DNA of 64,000 nucleotides from Octopus sinensis. Its lineage: Eukaryota. The notes beneath the pieces are model-generated. The model saw only the letters and a program-made list of their open reading frames with translations. It had not been told where the DNA came from and made no database searches. This document shows, in pieces, positions 38,150-51,949 of the stretch. Location of the stretch: positions 33,492,464 to 33,556,463 of the forward strand of contig NC_043011.1 of assembly GCF_006345805.1 (NCBI RefSeq). Reading direction: 5' to 3'. The translations under genes were made by a program, and so were the position numbers. Each line of letters starts with the position of its first letter. The first letter of the stretch is position 1.

Positions 38150-38495
38150 TGGTACCATCGGATGGTGTATAAATAATTCTATAGATCACAGCCATTGAGA
38201 GATAGAATCCTCTCAGTGGGCAGTTGATGAGATTTCGACAGTTACAGGCTGGAGTGTGGGATGAAGACTGTATAGGCGTGCATTTGTTTTTAATGAAATG
38301 TGTAAAAGTGAAAGCAACATTCCATGTGCATGAATAGGTAACATTGACGTTGTGGTAATTAACGAGTTTATGATATCTATGGATTCTTGATACATGATGT
38401 CTAATTAACGCCAAGAAGCTTCTAGCTACGTTAATGGAAACATCTAAATTGGATGGAGAATTAAATCAGATTATCTTTCTAATTCTAACTTTCTT
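38150..38495 (-). mobile_element. Penelope-like element fragment (linker to GIY-YIG start)
   Basis: RIRKII*FNSP...FLALIRHH...NVTYSCTWNV...CNCRNLINCPLRGFYLSMAVIY. Confidence 0.85.
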
Positions 38496-39227
38496 CGATT
38501 GTGAGAGAGGGTGAAGCACCTCTATGTCCCTCGCTGTGTCTTGTTATAATGTGTCTGAATTATCTCTCTTTCTATATATTGAACACTTGTTTTAATTCAG
38601 AGTTTACACACACATACACATACACACAAACACACAAGTATACGCGCTAACACTCACCAACAGACAGAAAGATTCATGCGAAAATCAGTTACAACATATG
38701 AGAAAACAGTATTCTGTGAAAGCATCACTAACCTCTCTTTACACGGATTTATTCGAGCTATGATGGTTATTATAGCAACAACATTTCTGCATTTGTATCC
38801 TCCGGGCCTTTTCGGGTGCTTACCATATATATTATCGGAATTTCGAACCGATCCCGTTACCGTTACTACTAAATCCTAGTTTACATTTGATGCAAAAAGA
38901 AAGTTGTTTTAAGCTCTCTTTGTCAGCGCTGCAAGAATGAAGGATTTCTTGTCCCCTGAGGAGTAGTTAATGTACTTTGTATCTTTCATCTACTGTCTAT
39001 GGGGTGAGTAACAAAACATACTTACATTTGTTTTAGCTGGCAGAATCATTAGCACGCCGGGCAAAGTGCGTATCGATATTTCGTCCTTCTTCGTGCTCTG
39101 AGTTCAAATTCCGCATAGGTTGACTTACTTTTCATCCTTTCGAGGTCGTTAAAATAAGTACCAATCAAGTACTGGGTCGATGTGATTGACTTATCTCCTC
39201 CCCCAAAATTTGCCTATAACAGAAAGG

Positions 39228-39278
<51 letters not shown>

Positions 39279-39455
39279 GCGTGCGCTGCCTTAACATCTG
39301 TAGTGTAAGTACTTCAAATTTATCGCAAGTGTTGTAATACATAGTGGACTGTTTATATGTGTGTGTGTTGTTCAAATTTAGAGAAACAAAAGACGCAGAC
39401 AGATGAAGGAACAACGAGCAGACATATTAGTTCAACGCTTGCGAAGAATGGAAAA

Positions 39456-39496
39456 GTCTTTGACGTTTCGAGCCTACGCTCTTCGACAGAAAAGAT
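39456..39496 (-). ncRNA. Minimal hammerhead-like motif with variant core CUGUCGA
   Basis: Minus strand tctttt CTGTCGA a gagc-gtag-gctc GAAAC GTC aaaga; second family member at about 55285-55326. Confidence 0.5.
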
Positions 39497-39548
39497 GACA
39501 CTTATACTTGTTTCAGTCACTTGATTGCGGCCATGCTGGAGCATCACC

Positions 39549-39579
<31 letters not shown>

Positions 39580-40223
39580 CATACATACATACATACTACA
39601 TACATACATACACACACACACAGAGGCACACTTACATACATATATACATACATACGCATACACATATATACATACATTATTACATGTATATATACATGAT
39701 GGGCCCCATACAGCTTCCGTTTACCAAATTCACCCTCAAGACCATAGTAGAAGACAGTTGCCCAAGGTGCCCGAAATCACGTGGTTTTACAAAACGAGCT
39801 TCTTTACTACATAGTCCATTCATGTAAAATAATTGATCGCACCTCCGTCGATTTCGACGATGAGTGTTCAGTTGTTCCATCATCTGGATTACGAGGTAAT
39901 TGAATTAGTGTCTAAATGGCAGATTATTCCACAAACATGTATATTTAACGTAATTTTCACGAGGATTCAGTATGACACAGTATGTGTGACAAGGCTAGAT
40001 CTTTAAATTAGAGGTGTATAACCCTTTCACTGAGCTTCCACCGTTTACGTTAACCCTATTTTTACTCTCAGAGCATGACTCAAGTTGAGGCTATGATAAA
40101 AGACACTTGTCCGAAACGTCACACTGTAGAACCGAACTCTGGATGTCGTGACCATGCTGCATCTCAACTATTTGCCCGTGATACATCTCATTTAAAAGGT
40201 TGCGAATCACTTCTTATCTATTC

Positions 40224-40263
<40 letters not shown>

Positions 40264-40519
40264 GTTTGAAGAGAGAGAGAGAGAGACGTTTGGAGAGAGA
40301 GAGAGAGAGACGTTTGGAGAGAGAGAGAGTTAAAGAGAGAGAGTGACAGACAGAGACAACTAGGGACAGAGTGGGGATGAAGAGAGAGAGAGAGAGAGAA
40401 ACACATACACAGAGACAGAGGCAGAAGCAAAGACAGGTAGAGAGAGGGAGTGAGTAAGAGAAAGCGAAACAAGAAGGAAGGAAGGAGTAAGAGAGATAGA
40501 GAAAGAAAAAGAGCCTGTC

Positions 40520-41320
40520 AATATAGTCAATACCAACACTGGTTCTGAAAGTGCATTATAGGATATTGTCTCGTAAGAGGAAAGCTCCGACTGACATACA
40601 TTTTTTTGTTAAAGCCTGATGTATTACTCTTTTGTCACTCTAATTTTCTCAACATCCCCATTATAAACTACATTTTCAGTAATACCAAGGTATTTATAGT
40701 TCACATTGTCTGGAACAAGGAGAAAGTAGAGAGGTTATTGGCGTGCATATATTCGGCTTGGAAAGCAATTTTCCGTCTCCCGTCTAATAAAAGTAAACAT
40801 CTTCCCTGGCTGAATTCCATCCGCGTATCAGCAGAAAATTTTGTTATTAATGTAAATTTATCCGTCATCAGTTGAACACGCTGTTGTTGTTGCTGTTGTT
40901 AAGTCCATTCGTATAATCATTCGTTGTGGGTAAATCCATCCGTATATCACCTGCTTTGTGATTACCTTGGAAAAGGGAAAAGTTTGGGTAGTGAATCTTG
41001 ACAGCTAGTCGATGAGTGGAGTCTTTCATGCAATCCGGTGCTTTCTTTGACACCATCCCGGTAACTCCAGGGTAGATGGAGCTCCCCAACCTAGGTAAAG
41101 GCCTACGCCTTACTGGTCACCAGAGCTATTTTAGCCCACTGAGTCACTGCAGTCAGACCTTCAAGTCTAAAGAGTGAGATCGAATTGTGCGGTCGGGCTC
41201 TCACTTTTAAACAGCTAAGCGGAGGCAGGAAAAAAAAACCCTGCAGCGTAAAGGATCAGTTTACACGGACACTCGAGGGCGTGTCAACCTCTTCCTAATG
41301 ATCATCGGATACGAAGAATC
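40520..41320 (-). mobile_element. R4/Dong-type LINE relic (RT thumb; possible 5' region upstream)
   Basis: KFSADTRMEFSQGRC...NYKYLGITEN...RVTKE*YIRL...SELSSY; begins at a (TGA)n tract. Confidence 0.7.
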
Positions 41321-41457
41321 TGTCATCATCATCATCGTCATCATCATCATCATTGTCATCATCATCACCTCAACTGAATATATTGTTGTTAAATCAACCT
41401 AGTCCTCAGAAATGTAACTGTGAATCATTCTAGTGTAGGCCTTTAATAAAGGGTAAG

Positions 41458-41775
41458 TCGCGTGGCTTTGTGGTTAGGTTAATAAGCTCATGATCGTAAC
41501 GTTGTGAGTTCGATTCCTGGCTGTACTTTGAGTCCTTGAGCAAGACACTTTATTTCACATTGCTTCAGTCTACTCATTTGGTAAAAAAAAAGAGTTTAGC
41601 TGCAATTCAAAGGGCCGATCTTGTCACATTTTGTCATGCTGAATCTCCCCGAGAACTACGTTAAGGGTACGCGTGTCTGTGGACTGCTCAGCCACTTACT
41701 CGTTAATTTCCCGAGTAGGCTGTTCCATCGATCGGATCAACTAGAAACCATATCTTCGTAACCAACGGAATAGCA
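41458..41775 (+). mobile_element. Chimeric SINE (family D head and CORE-like segment plus family C tail)
   Basis: ccttgagcaagacactttatttcac followed by gaatctccccgagaactacgttaagggtac; similar copy at 53898-54212 (-). Confidence 0.75.
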
Positions 41776-42383
41776 GTAGTATAGGCCTTTAAATTGTTAC
41801 CAAAGGCGACATAGATTAAAAGTGGTGCTTGATTGGTGTTTAAAAAGTGCTGGCGATGTAATACTATGCGATACTCTAAAAATATTGGCTAGATTCACTG
41901 ACGTTTAGCCTAGTATTCTTCCTTTCGAGACGGTTTGAATAAATTACAGTTTTTGCGAAAGCTAGAGTCCTAAATATTGGCACCGACATTACTGTTACAA
42001 ATGTATACGATAGATTTCCTAATTATATTTCGTCGTACTGAAATACTTTTACAGTTTTTAATGTTGTAGACTATTATATATGATCAATGGGTTTTAGAAA
42101 AGGAAATTACAGTAAGTACCTTTGGTAATAAAAAGCGTGTGCGCAGACATGCTCTCACACACATACACATACACTCACACACATACACTCATGCACATAC
42201 ACTCACTCACACCCACACATGTACGTAAACTCACTCAGACACATACTCATGCAAGTACACTCACTCACACACACATGCACGTACACTCACTCTCTAACAC
42301 AGACACATGCACTAACTCACATACCTACACAGACACATGCACGTACACTCACTCATACACACATGCACACAAGAGGAGAGAGA

Positions 42384-42434
<51 letters not shown>

Positions 42435-42842
42435 GGAGAGAGAGAGAGAGAGCTGTAAACGTTTTACATTAAGTTTAAACGTTTTACTTCATTTTCTAGT
42501 ATGAAGATTATAAAAAAAATAGGTGTTTGTGAACCATTCAGATAGTAAAAGAAATAGACCAATTTTTTTTTTTACCAAAAGCAACATTCTAGTAGCCGTT
42601 AGAGAGGAATAGAGTTAAAGACCTTTTTATAATGAAAACGCAGTGATCGCAAAGTTACTGAGACAGCGTAGCTTTATTAATTAAACGTTATTCAACCCAT
42701 CTTCAGACTGTATTGTTTCCACCTGTTTATTCATAAATTATTACTTTGTTAGACACGCAATGGTCTCGGAGAAATTGGTTTAAACAGCTCCTGGAAATCT
42801 GATACGTAGTGTTTAAACAAACGTATCGGCCTATAGTTTCTA

Positions 42843-42860
42843 TTCCCTAGATGGCGCCTT
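42843..42860 (+). promoter_or_regulatory. CTCF-like motif
   Basis: ccctagatggcgcc matches the CCNNAGRKGGCRS core, in unique sequence. Confidence 0.35.
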
Positions 42861-44262
42861 CACTCTTGGCAACAAAATTTTGTCCGTGTAATAGTAAACT
42901 AGTTTACTGTATAAATTTCATCTTCAATAGTTTTTGTCGGTCTCCTGTATAACGTTACCATTTCTTGTATTAGTATATTCGGAACTGTTCTATTATTCTG
43001 GTTTCCTTCAGGTTTAGTGACATTTTAAGGTGGTTGCGATGACGACTTCCACATTTATTCTTAATACGTTGTGGCAGATTCGAACATGAATATGCTAATT
43101 GCTGTTGTGATTCGATACAGGGGAACAACTCCTTTACAACGATGTGTTTACAACATACTTATTTGCGTAAGCTATATACTTGATGACTTACCTTTATAAT
43201 TCGTTCTGTATTTCTTTCTCCTGGTTGCATTCAGTTATATCGCAATATGGCCGAAATCTTTCTTTCCAGTCCACTTATTTTATTTCATTTTACTGAGAAG
43301 TTTCCTTTCAATTCTTTGGGAAACATACCTATTTAAGTCTTCTTTGAATCCAGTAGTTTTGGGGTTGTATGAGAGGTCGTCAAGAAGAGAGTGCATCCCG
43401 AAGAGCTCACTGCCGACACGTTAGATATTCTCTTCGCTTTTCAACACTAGATTTATATATTTATTTTTTTCCTGTAGCTGTTTAGCAGATGCAGTCTGAG
43501 AGATACTGTGCTACATTCATAGGCTGTCTGCACTGATCTCAGTCTTCTACTTCTTTCATCTCTTCTTAGGTAGAGCTTGTCGATATCACCGCTTCTGTAT
43601 ATATATATATATATATCTTGCAGGCGTTAATGTATATGGAATAGATTCTTCTACATATCATCAAGTATATACTATAGATAATATATCGTGGAAAGAGACA
43701 ATATTGTGGTTAAAAACGTATTCTCTATGCAATCGTTTTTGGTAACGGAGTCTTCTGTTCAAGTCCTTGAATTCATGTCTCAGGGTTGGTAATTCTCCTT
43801 CGAGATTTTGGACTTTAAAACCATTGTACATTTTTTGAACAGTTGTTTTTTTTTCTATAAATCAGCACAGCCCTAATAAAACAGAATAATATATAAAAGC
43901 GTTTTGGACGTGACCGTCCCATATGTTTTCTTTTTCAAACAAGATGTATGTAGAACAATATATTATTATTCGTGCTTTTTTCTTTTACGAGATAAAAATT
44001 TGCTTTGAGTATTTTGAGGAATGTTTTGGATGTTCTGTCTAGTAGTCGAATGAACGCGTAAAATCTCATTATACTGTATATAAATGGAAGATTCTACAGA
44101 AAATATTTTCTGCCAGTTGCGTTCTTTGGCAAGTATCGAATAATTTTGTTATCGCGTTTATTACAGATAATTCTTTGATCTTGTTTCAGACTAATAGTGA
44201 CTGTATACTAACGAGCGTTGATTGATCAGTTTACACATACACACAAACAGACACACACATGC

Positions 44263-44323
<61 letters not shown>

Positions 44324-44416
44324 TATATATATATATATAGATAGATAGATAGATAGATAGATATACACATGCATATATATGTTTGTGCGCATGAATGTGT
44401 GTTTGTGCATATATAA

Positions 44417-44449
<33 letters not shown>

Positions 44450-44627
44450 TGTATGTATGTATGTATGTATGTATGTATGTATGTGTGTGTGTGTGTGTGT
44501 GTATGTATTAGCACATACAGTCAGTAACAGCTCAAAGCAGGCATTGGGTATTAGTAAATTCTGAACAGAAGGTCTTACCACTAAAAGTCAATACTGCAAA
44601 ATATTTAGTTACAAACGCGCACGCACT

Positions 44628-44700
<73 letters not shown>

Positions 44701-45011
44701 ATAAACACACACACATTGTCATGTATATATATATCATCGAAAGTAATTTGACCAAATTTTGAGTGTATTGTAGCTATATACGCGTATCAATAAACACAAA
44801 TATTCTCTTGCCTACAACATGGTAGGCGTACATATTTTCATAGAGTTGTGTGAGTATATATATATATATTTAAATATATATATATATCTATATATATATA
44901 TATATCATATATATTTATATGTGTGATTATATCCGTGTGTCGAAATGTGTGTATATATATAATATGTATATGTATGTATGTATATATATATATATATAAT
45001 ATGTATGTATG

Positions 45012-45055
<44 letters not shown>

Positions 45056-45061
45056 AATATA

Positions 45062-45103
<42 letters not shown>

Positions 45104-45758
45104 AATATATGTACATATATGTATATATATATGTATATAATATGTATATATAATATATATATATATATAATATATATATATAATATATATCTATATACGT
45201 ATATAATATTCGTTATTACTATATTCTATACTCACGTGAAATATAATGTCTCTTAAAACAAGTTCAATAATTAAAGGCAAACACACACTCTGCGGGATGT
45301 TCGCTTCGGTAATGACACTTTCACTCCGTAATGACAGTTAACGGAGGCAGTTTAATTTATTTTAGCATTTCAACTATATTTTATGTACTACGGAACTAAA
45401 CACACGACCTGTGTGATTTATAGCGTTACGCGTTAATATACACATTAAACTTGAAAGACAGTGGATATCGAAATATGACCAGTTAGAGAATCGTACATCG
45501 AATATCATGTTTTACATTGCCCTTTGTATAATGAGTTGGAAATCGTTTTTATTTTTATATTTACTAATTAATATTAATAGTTTTAGGTTGAGAAGGCACT
45601 CACTTTCTACACTGCCTACAGTTCACTGGTATGTATGTATGTATGTATTATGTATGTATGTATGTATGTATGTATGTATGCATGCATGCATGCATGCATG
45701 CATGTATGTATGTATGTATGTATGTATGTATGTATGTATGTATGTATGTATGTATGTA

Positions 45759-46280
45759 CCGTAAATTCTCGAGTATAACCCGCATTTCCCCCCAAACTTT
45801 AAAGGTAAAAACCCCTACTGCATACTATATACGAGGTTAAAAATGAAAAATATTTTCTAAGCAATGTCTGAGTCTCTATTTGCTGTCCGGCAATGTTTAT
45901 TCAGATGCATTTTGTGATGTCGGGGGCGAAAATACCTTAAGCTAAACCTGAAAGCAATGAAGTCATAAAAGAATCATCCATAACTTGCAGTAAGCAACAT
46001 TTATTAAAATAAAAGTATTCAGAACACAGAATAACATGTAACAAAATCAAATTGGCAAACATATTTACATTCCCATATAACAGTTAAGAACATCACCATT
46101 ATTGTATTACGCATACACGGAAGTGTTTCTTCGACTAGATGCTGCTGGCTTAATTACGCACGACTCAAGTTAGAGAAGCGGTGCGTATTATACACAAGGT
46201 TTAGGTTTTTCAGAAATACAGCCCCTTAAAAATCCCCAGCGTATTATACTCAAGGGCGGACTATACTCGAGGATTTGTGG
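45759..46280. mobile_element. pogo/Tigger-like MITE (Tc1/mariner superfamily) inserted at TA in (TATG)n
   Basis: ta|CCGTAAATTCTCGAGTATA ... TATACTCGAGGATTTGTGG|ta; subterminal gcgtattatac repeats. Confidence 0.85.
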
Positions 46281-46339
46281 TATGTATGTATGTATGTATG
46301 TATGTATGTATGTATGTATGTATGTATAGCTATTCTATT

Positions 46340-47025
46340 TTTAATTATATGAATTCTTCCTGTAAGGAAAGAGCTGGTTTCTAATTGAGATACAAAGCTC
46401 CATTGTTTGAATGTTGCTGCAAAAAAAAAAAAAAATTTTTAAACTGTGTCACCTTTTAAACTTGAGAAAAGTCTTACATATTTTCATTGTTCCGCTTACA
46501 AATTGTATTCGCAATGCGAGTTTAAGCTGGTTGATTTCTTTCTCTGAAAAATTCAACTTGTCCAGATTGTCATTTACGTATCTACTCATGCAACAAAGTG
46601 TAAATGTAAATTTATGATCTGGGTATAGAAGCTGAATGTTTCGAAGCAGTTTTCTGTAGTTATCTTTTTTTCTCTTTGATTTTCAAATAGATATTCACAA
46701 CATCACGTTAGCTGATCTCTATGGCGCTACATACTTTTTCTGGTGTCCCAAACAACGATATCCAGCCTGCTATGTTTGCACTTCGTAGATGTTTTGATGG
46801 GAATGTTCTACCTATGTTCCTTGTGTTGATGTTTATGTATGTATTCTATAATAGAGTGATTCACTCTATTTATCTCGGGGCATTTTTGTTTTTCCGGGTC
46901 CTATTTGTTTTTCGGCGACAACGAAATGGGAAGTAATATCATGATGACAGTTTGGGGCAGCTCTTGATCACATGACTAATGTCTTCCACAGAATTGTGAC
47001 ATGATCGACATTTTCGATTGAACTT
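46340..47025 (-). mobile_element. RLE-type (R4-like) LINE 3' fragment
   Basis: KCRSCHNSVEDISHVIKSCP (CCHC knuckle); KHSRLDIVVWD; NYRKLLRNIQLLYPDHKF. Confidence 0.85.
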
Positions 47026-47039
47026 ATGTATGTATGTGT

Positions 47040-47290
47040 GGAGGCGCGTGGCTTAGTAGTTAGGGTATCAGAATCATGATCGTAAGATTGTGGTTTCGAT
47101 TCCTGGACCGGGCGACGCGTTGTACTCTTGAGCAAAACACTTCCTTTCACGTGGCTCCAGTCTACTCAGCTGGCAAAAATGAGTAACGTTGCGATGGACT
47201 GGTGTCCCGTCCAGCTGGGGAACACTACGCCATAGAAGCCGGCAAACCGGGCCCATGAACCTGGCTAGGCTTTAAAAGGGTGCATTTATT
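47040..47290 (+). mobile_element. SINE with family D head and a different tail
   Basis: ggcgcgtggcttagtagttaggg head, ggtttcgattcc B-box, CORE-like segment. Confidence 0.85.
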
Positions 47291-47370
47291 ATTTTTTTTA
47301 TGTATGTATGTATGTATGTATGTATTATGCATGCTCGCGCGCGCGCGTGTGTGTGTATGCATGTATGTAT

Positions 47371-47569
47371 ACTCTTTTATTTGTTTCAGTCATTTGACTG
47401 CGGCCATGCTGGAGCACCGCCTTTAGTCGAGTAAATCGACCCCAGGACTTATTCTTTGTAAGCCTAGTACTTATTCTATCGGACTCTTTTGCCGAACCGC
47501 TAAGTTACGAGGACGCAAACACACTAGCATCGGTTATCAAGCGATGTTGGGGAGAAAAACACGGACATA

Positions 47570-47651
<82 letters not shown>

Positions 47652-47807
47652 GATGGGCTTCTTTCAATTTCCGTCTACGAGATCCACTCACAAGGCTTTG
47701 GTCGGCCCGAGGCTATAGTAGAAGACACCTGCCCAAGGTGCCACGCAGTGGGACTGAACCCGGAACCATGTAGTTGGTAAGCAAGCTACTTACCACGCAG
47801 CCACTCC
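47371..47807 (-). mobile_element. SINE family B, near full length
   Basis: Minus strand ggagtggctgcgtggtaag...gggttcagtccc...ccttgggcaggtgtctt (CORE-like); near-identical to 59527-59905. Confidence 0.92.
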
Positions 47808-49449
47808 TGTTCTCTTTCTCTTTTTAATTTAGAGTTAATTTTGACCGGCCACTTACTTGGTTGCAAAGGAAAGCATTTTTTATTTGTTTTCATCATCTTT
47901 TAAATCTTAAAAAGCTCTTAATGTACACACATATGTATGTATCTATGTGTATAATATACAGGGACGTGTATAGGGAGGGGCTCCTGTTTCTTTATAATAT
48001 AAGTTTTCTATTTAAAGTTCAGAAACACGCTTTAATAGAATACATTGTTACTAGCACTTGTTTTCTTCAGCAACTGGTTCTAAAGCAATCTGCGAAAATA
48101 CTCGACACGATTCAGTCATCGATGTGCAATTACTAAAATTGATATTTTTTTTTATAAAACTAATAAATGATTTAATAACATAACATTTACATTTTTAACA
48201 TGAAACTGATATTTAAAAGCAATTCAATTTTCATTAAAAACTAATAAAAAATATTCTTGTTATTTATTATCAAATGACGCAGTATTTCTTCTCAAGTAGA
48301 TTTGTGATAGATTTTCCTGCCCTGGCTTTGTGTCTATATAACAAAATCATGTTATCATACAAAAGAGAAGAATGTAAGAATTTGTCTTTCATGTCTTTTG
48401 TGAACAACAAAACAAGTCAATCTCTGAAATACGTGTACTGTAGTAGCCAGTTTGAATAGATTTATTATTTTTACAAGAAATCAGTGTTTCCACCTAAAAG
48501 TGACTACAATGTGTTAATATATTTCCCCCTTGGAAATAAAGGAAATAATATTGCTTCCTCGACATTATCATTACCTAGGAATACATTTAATCCGTTGAGA
48601 ACACACTTTATATCTGACAAATAGAACAAGAACTAGCCATAAGGTCAAAAGTGTATCACAATTGTATGAAGAGTTGGGAAACTGAGAGAGAAAAAAAAGA
48701 AGAAAAATGAATGGTTGAAATATTATTAGAAGCGTCTTGAAATTGATTGATATTTATGCTAATTTACAAGGCGTCATTTATTATACTTGCTATTTTAACA
48801 CGGTTTTCTTCTTACTTTCCGTCTTCCATAGTGAAGTTTATCAACAAATAGAAGGACGAATGTTTAAGCAGTGTACGAATTCAGACAGAAGGGTTATATG
48901 AAAAAGAAATATGGGAGCGCATGATGTAGAGAAGAACTAGAGAGAACGGTTCAGTAGCGTAACTAGAGGGTTAGTGTTAGGGTTAGTGTTAGAACTAGGG
49001 ATGATCCTTGAGTTTCCTCCCTACCGCGAAAAACGCAACACAATACATATATAAAGCGCTGCCCTTCTAAATATCCCCCATAGATGACCGCCTCTTCTCA
49101 CACACCTTTAGCTACGCTATATTTTAGCCGTATCTTTGAAGGAAATGGGTTACAAAGAGAAAGCATGAGGACTTAGAACTATGGTAGAGCTGCTAATATA
49201 AGTAGAGTGCACATGGGTCTTCAATCAAGGACTCTTCACGAGGAAAAAGGTTAAATCTTTGGTATCATGTACACTGATCCTTGTGTCTGTAAAAGGCACG
49301 AAACCAACTCACTATTTTACCCCCTTCTTGGATATAATAAAAATGTTATACAATTTCATTTCAATGTCAAGTAAGCAATATGCTTACTTCTCCATTGACC
49401 TACTGGGTTCCCTTCTCATGAATCTGAAAAAAAATCTTTTATACAAAAT

Positions 49450-50420
49450 GGGCCTACAGAAAAGCTGCTCTGAGGACGCCAAAGACTTTGGTACAATATC
49501 TGATCAAGGTAAGTGAAAGTAATTCACCAGATCCAGTAAGTGAAGCTACAGTAATACTGTTACATAAACATAATATCATCCTTGAGTCTCCTCTTTGCCT
49601 TGGAATTGCAATACTAATAGTCATGGAGGTAGCGACTGCATCTAATATTTTTCAGTTACAGCACCTTGATTTACAAACTGCATATACAATCACTGATAGA
49701 GTACTGAAGAGGCTTAATGAGCCGAGGGCTGAACATCAATTCAAATTAATATAACAGAATGTAACTCAAATGGCGTAAGATGCATCTGTTGGGATTACAG
49801 AGGAAACGCCTGGTCAGCGAAGACAAAAAATAATTAATTAATTAATTAAATGACGTGATAGCGAGGTTCAAATATAACTCTGTTGCTTGCAATAACAGAT
49901 GAACCTTCAGAGAATTTGGAGGAATTTTATTGTGCGAAAGCATATTATGTATTTCTGGATACACATGATCAAGAAATTAGGTGATTTTAGAAGAATGGAT
50001 GTAGATAAGACGTGAAACGAGGTTCTATATCACCTGACTGTGCACTTAAGTGAAAGACAGATGGAAATTTGACAATGTGGAGTAAAGTTCAGGGTCTAAA
50101 CTCTCTCTAAAAGTTGTATGACTTCAAAACTTAAAGAAATCTATGACGAACTTTTGACAGATTTAAGGGTTTTTCATTTATTCCAATCACTATTAAAAAA
50201 TTATCTGAGATCCGTCCTCATTTGTATCAGTTATGTATGAGTTGCTTAAAATCTTTGCAATTGGACCAATAACAGCGGCAAATGTGTAGTGCTCTTCTTT
50301 TACGAAGCTCAAGTTAGTTAAATACAAACTGCAGAACCAGAGTTGAGAAGAGGACTCCCTGATCTGCCCTCCGTTGTATGAATTATATATGAGCTCCTGA
50401 AAATTTATGCAACTTTACCA
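49450..50420 (+). pseudogene. Decayed hAT transposase (C-terminal dimerisation domain)
   Basis: YELLKIFAIGPITAANV*CSSFTKLKLVKYKLQNQ at about 50236-50340 fits hAT T.P.T.A..ERSFS.LK.IK..LR; SNIFQLQHLDLQTA upstream. Confidence 0.65.
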
Positions 50421-50498
50421 ATAACACCAGAAACTGAGAAGTTCTTCTTTTCCAAACTCGAGCAAATTAAGTATAAACAGCAGGGGCAGTAATGAGAA

Positions 50499-50729
50499 GG
50501 CGACGAGCTGGCAGAAACATTAGCACATCGAGCGAAATGCTTAGCGGTATTTCGTTTACCACTACGTTCTGAGTTCAAATTCCGCCGAGGTCGACTTTGC
50601 TTTTCATCTTTTCGGGGTTGATAAATTAAATACCAGTTACGCACTGGGGTCGATGTAATCGCCTTAATCCGTTTGTCTGTCCCTGTTTGTCCCCTCTATG
50701 TTTAACCCCTTGTGGGCAATAAAGAAATA
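50499..50729 (+). mobile_element. SINE family A monomer with TSD
   Basis: agtaatgagaa at 50488-50498 and 50730-50740. Confidence 0.92.
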
Positions 50730-51378
50730 AGTAATGAGAAGAGAGACTCTCCCATCTTATGCTGCACAGCAATGAATGAGACTATTATCCTAATATCCTC
50801 GTTGTTAATGAAGAAACGATGCACATTTTCAAGCACATAGTCAACAGAAGATTATCTGATTTTATTAAAGTATGTTGGCTTTCTTATTCTTCACAATTCA
50901 TTTCATTGTAGAGGAACAAGAATGAAAAATTTGATTTTCTGTTTTCCTGATAAAAGTCAATATTTTACAGTGGTTACTTAAAAAGCGTGATCATCATATT
51001 AAACAGCCTACAGTATATTTCTATAAATCTTCAATTTATAGTTTCAATTATAGTTTCATATTATTCCATATTTAAATGCATATTGAGCAGAATGCTATAA
51101 TTTATATGATGAGCAGCGTAAAAGTCAATACAAGTAAAATTAAATACGTCATATTCAACATCTTCATATATTTTGAAAATTTTGCAATAAAACCTTATAA
51201 AATTTTTACAAGTTTTCAGTTATATATCATTTATATATAAAATATATTAAATATATTATTAGTTTTATATTTTAAAAAATACGTTGAATTTAATATAATT
51301 TAATACTATTTATAACATACAACCTGAACATGTTAACGAGTTCTATGACATGCATCTATCTGTCTGTCTGTCTATCTG

Positions 51379-51443
<65 letters not shown>

Positions 51444-51663
51444 TTATCTATCTATTATTCTATCTATCTATCTACCTACCTACCTACCTACCTATCTATT
51501 AATGTACATACGCACACACATGCACACACACACACAAACACAAACACATGTATGTATTTATGTATATTCCCAATCACATGGTTCCGAGTTCAGTCCCACT
51601 GCGTGACACTTTGGGTAAGTGTCTTTTACTATAGCACCGGTCCAACCAAAGCCGAAGCCTGTC

Positions 51664-51697
<34 letters not shown>

Positions 51698-51949
51698 AGA
51701 GAAAGATAGTAGGAGAGAGGGAGGGAGAGAGAGAATATGGGAGAGAGGGAGAGAGAGTTTATGTGGTTGTGGAAATTAGCAGCCCTTTTTTCAACTGAAC
51801 CTCTACCCTTCTGAAAACTCGTACACATCAATGTATGTATGTATGTATGTATGTATGTATGTATGTATGTATGTATGTATATGTGTATGTATACGTGTAT
51901 GTGTGTGTGTTTTTCTCTATCTGATTACCTCTTAGAATTTACTCTTTTG

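Noticed and set aside
41100-41320. HDV-like ribozyme at the putative 5' end of the R4-type relic or the 555-bp element
   Set aside because: Could not assemble a P1/P2/P3/P1.1 nested pseudoknot by eye.
49704-49730. CTGAAGA-ggctt/gagcc hammerhead-like half
   Set aside because: Followed by GAGG rather than GAAA, has no stem I, and lies inside the hAT relic.
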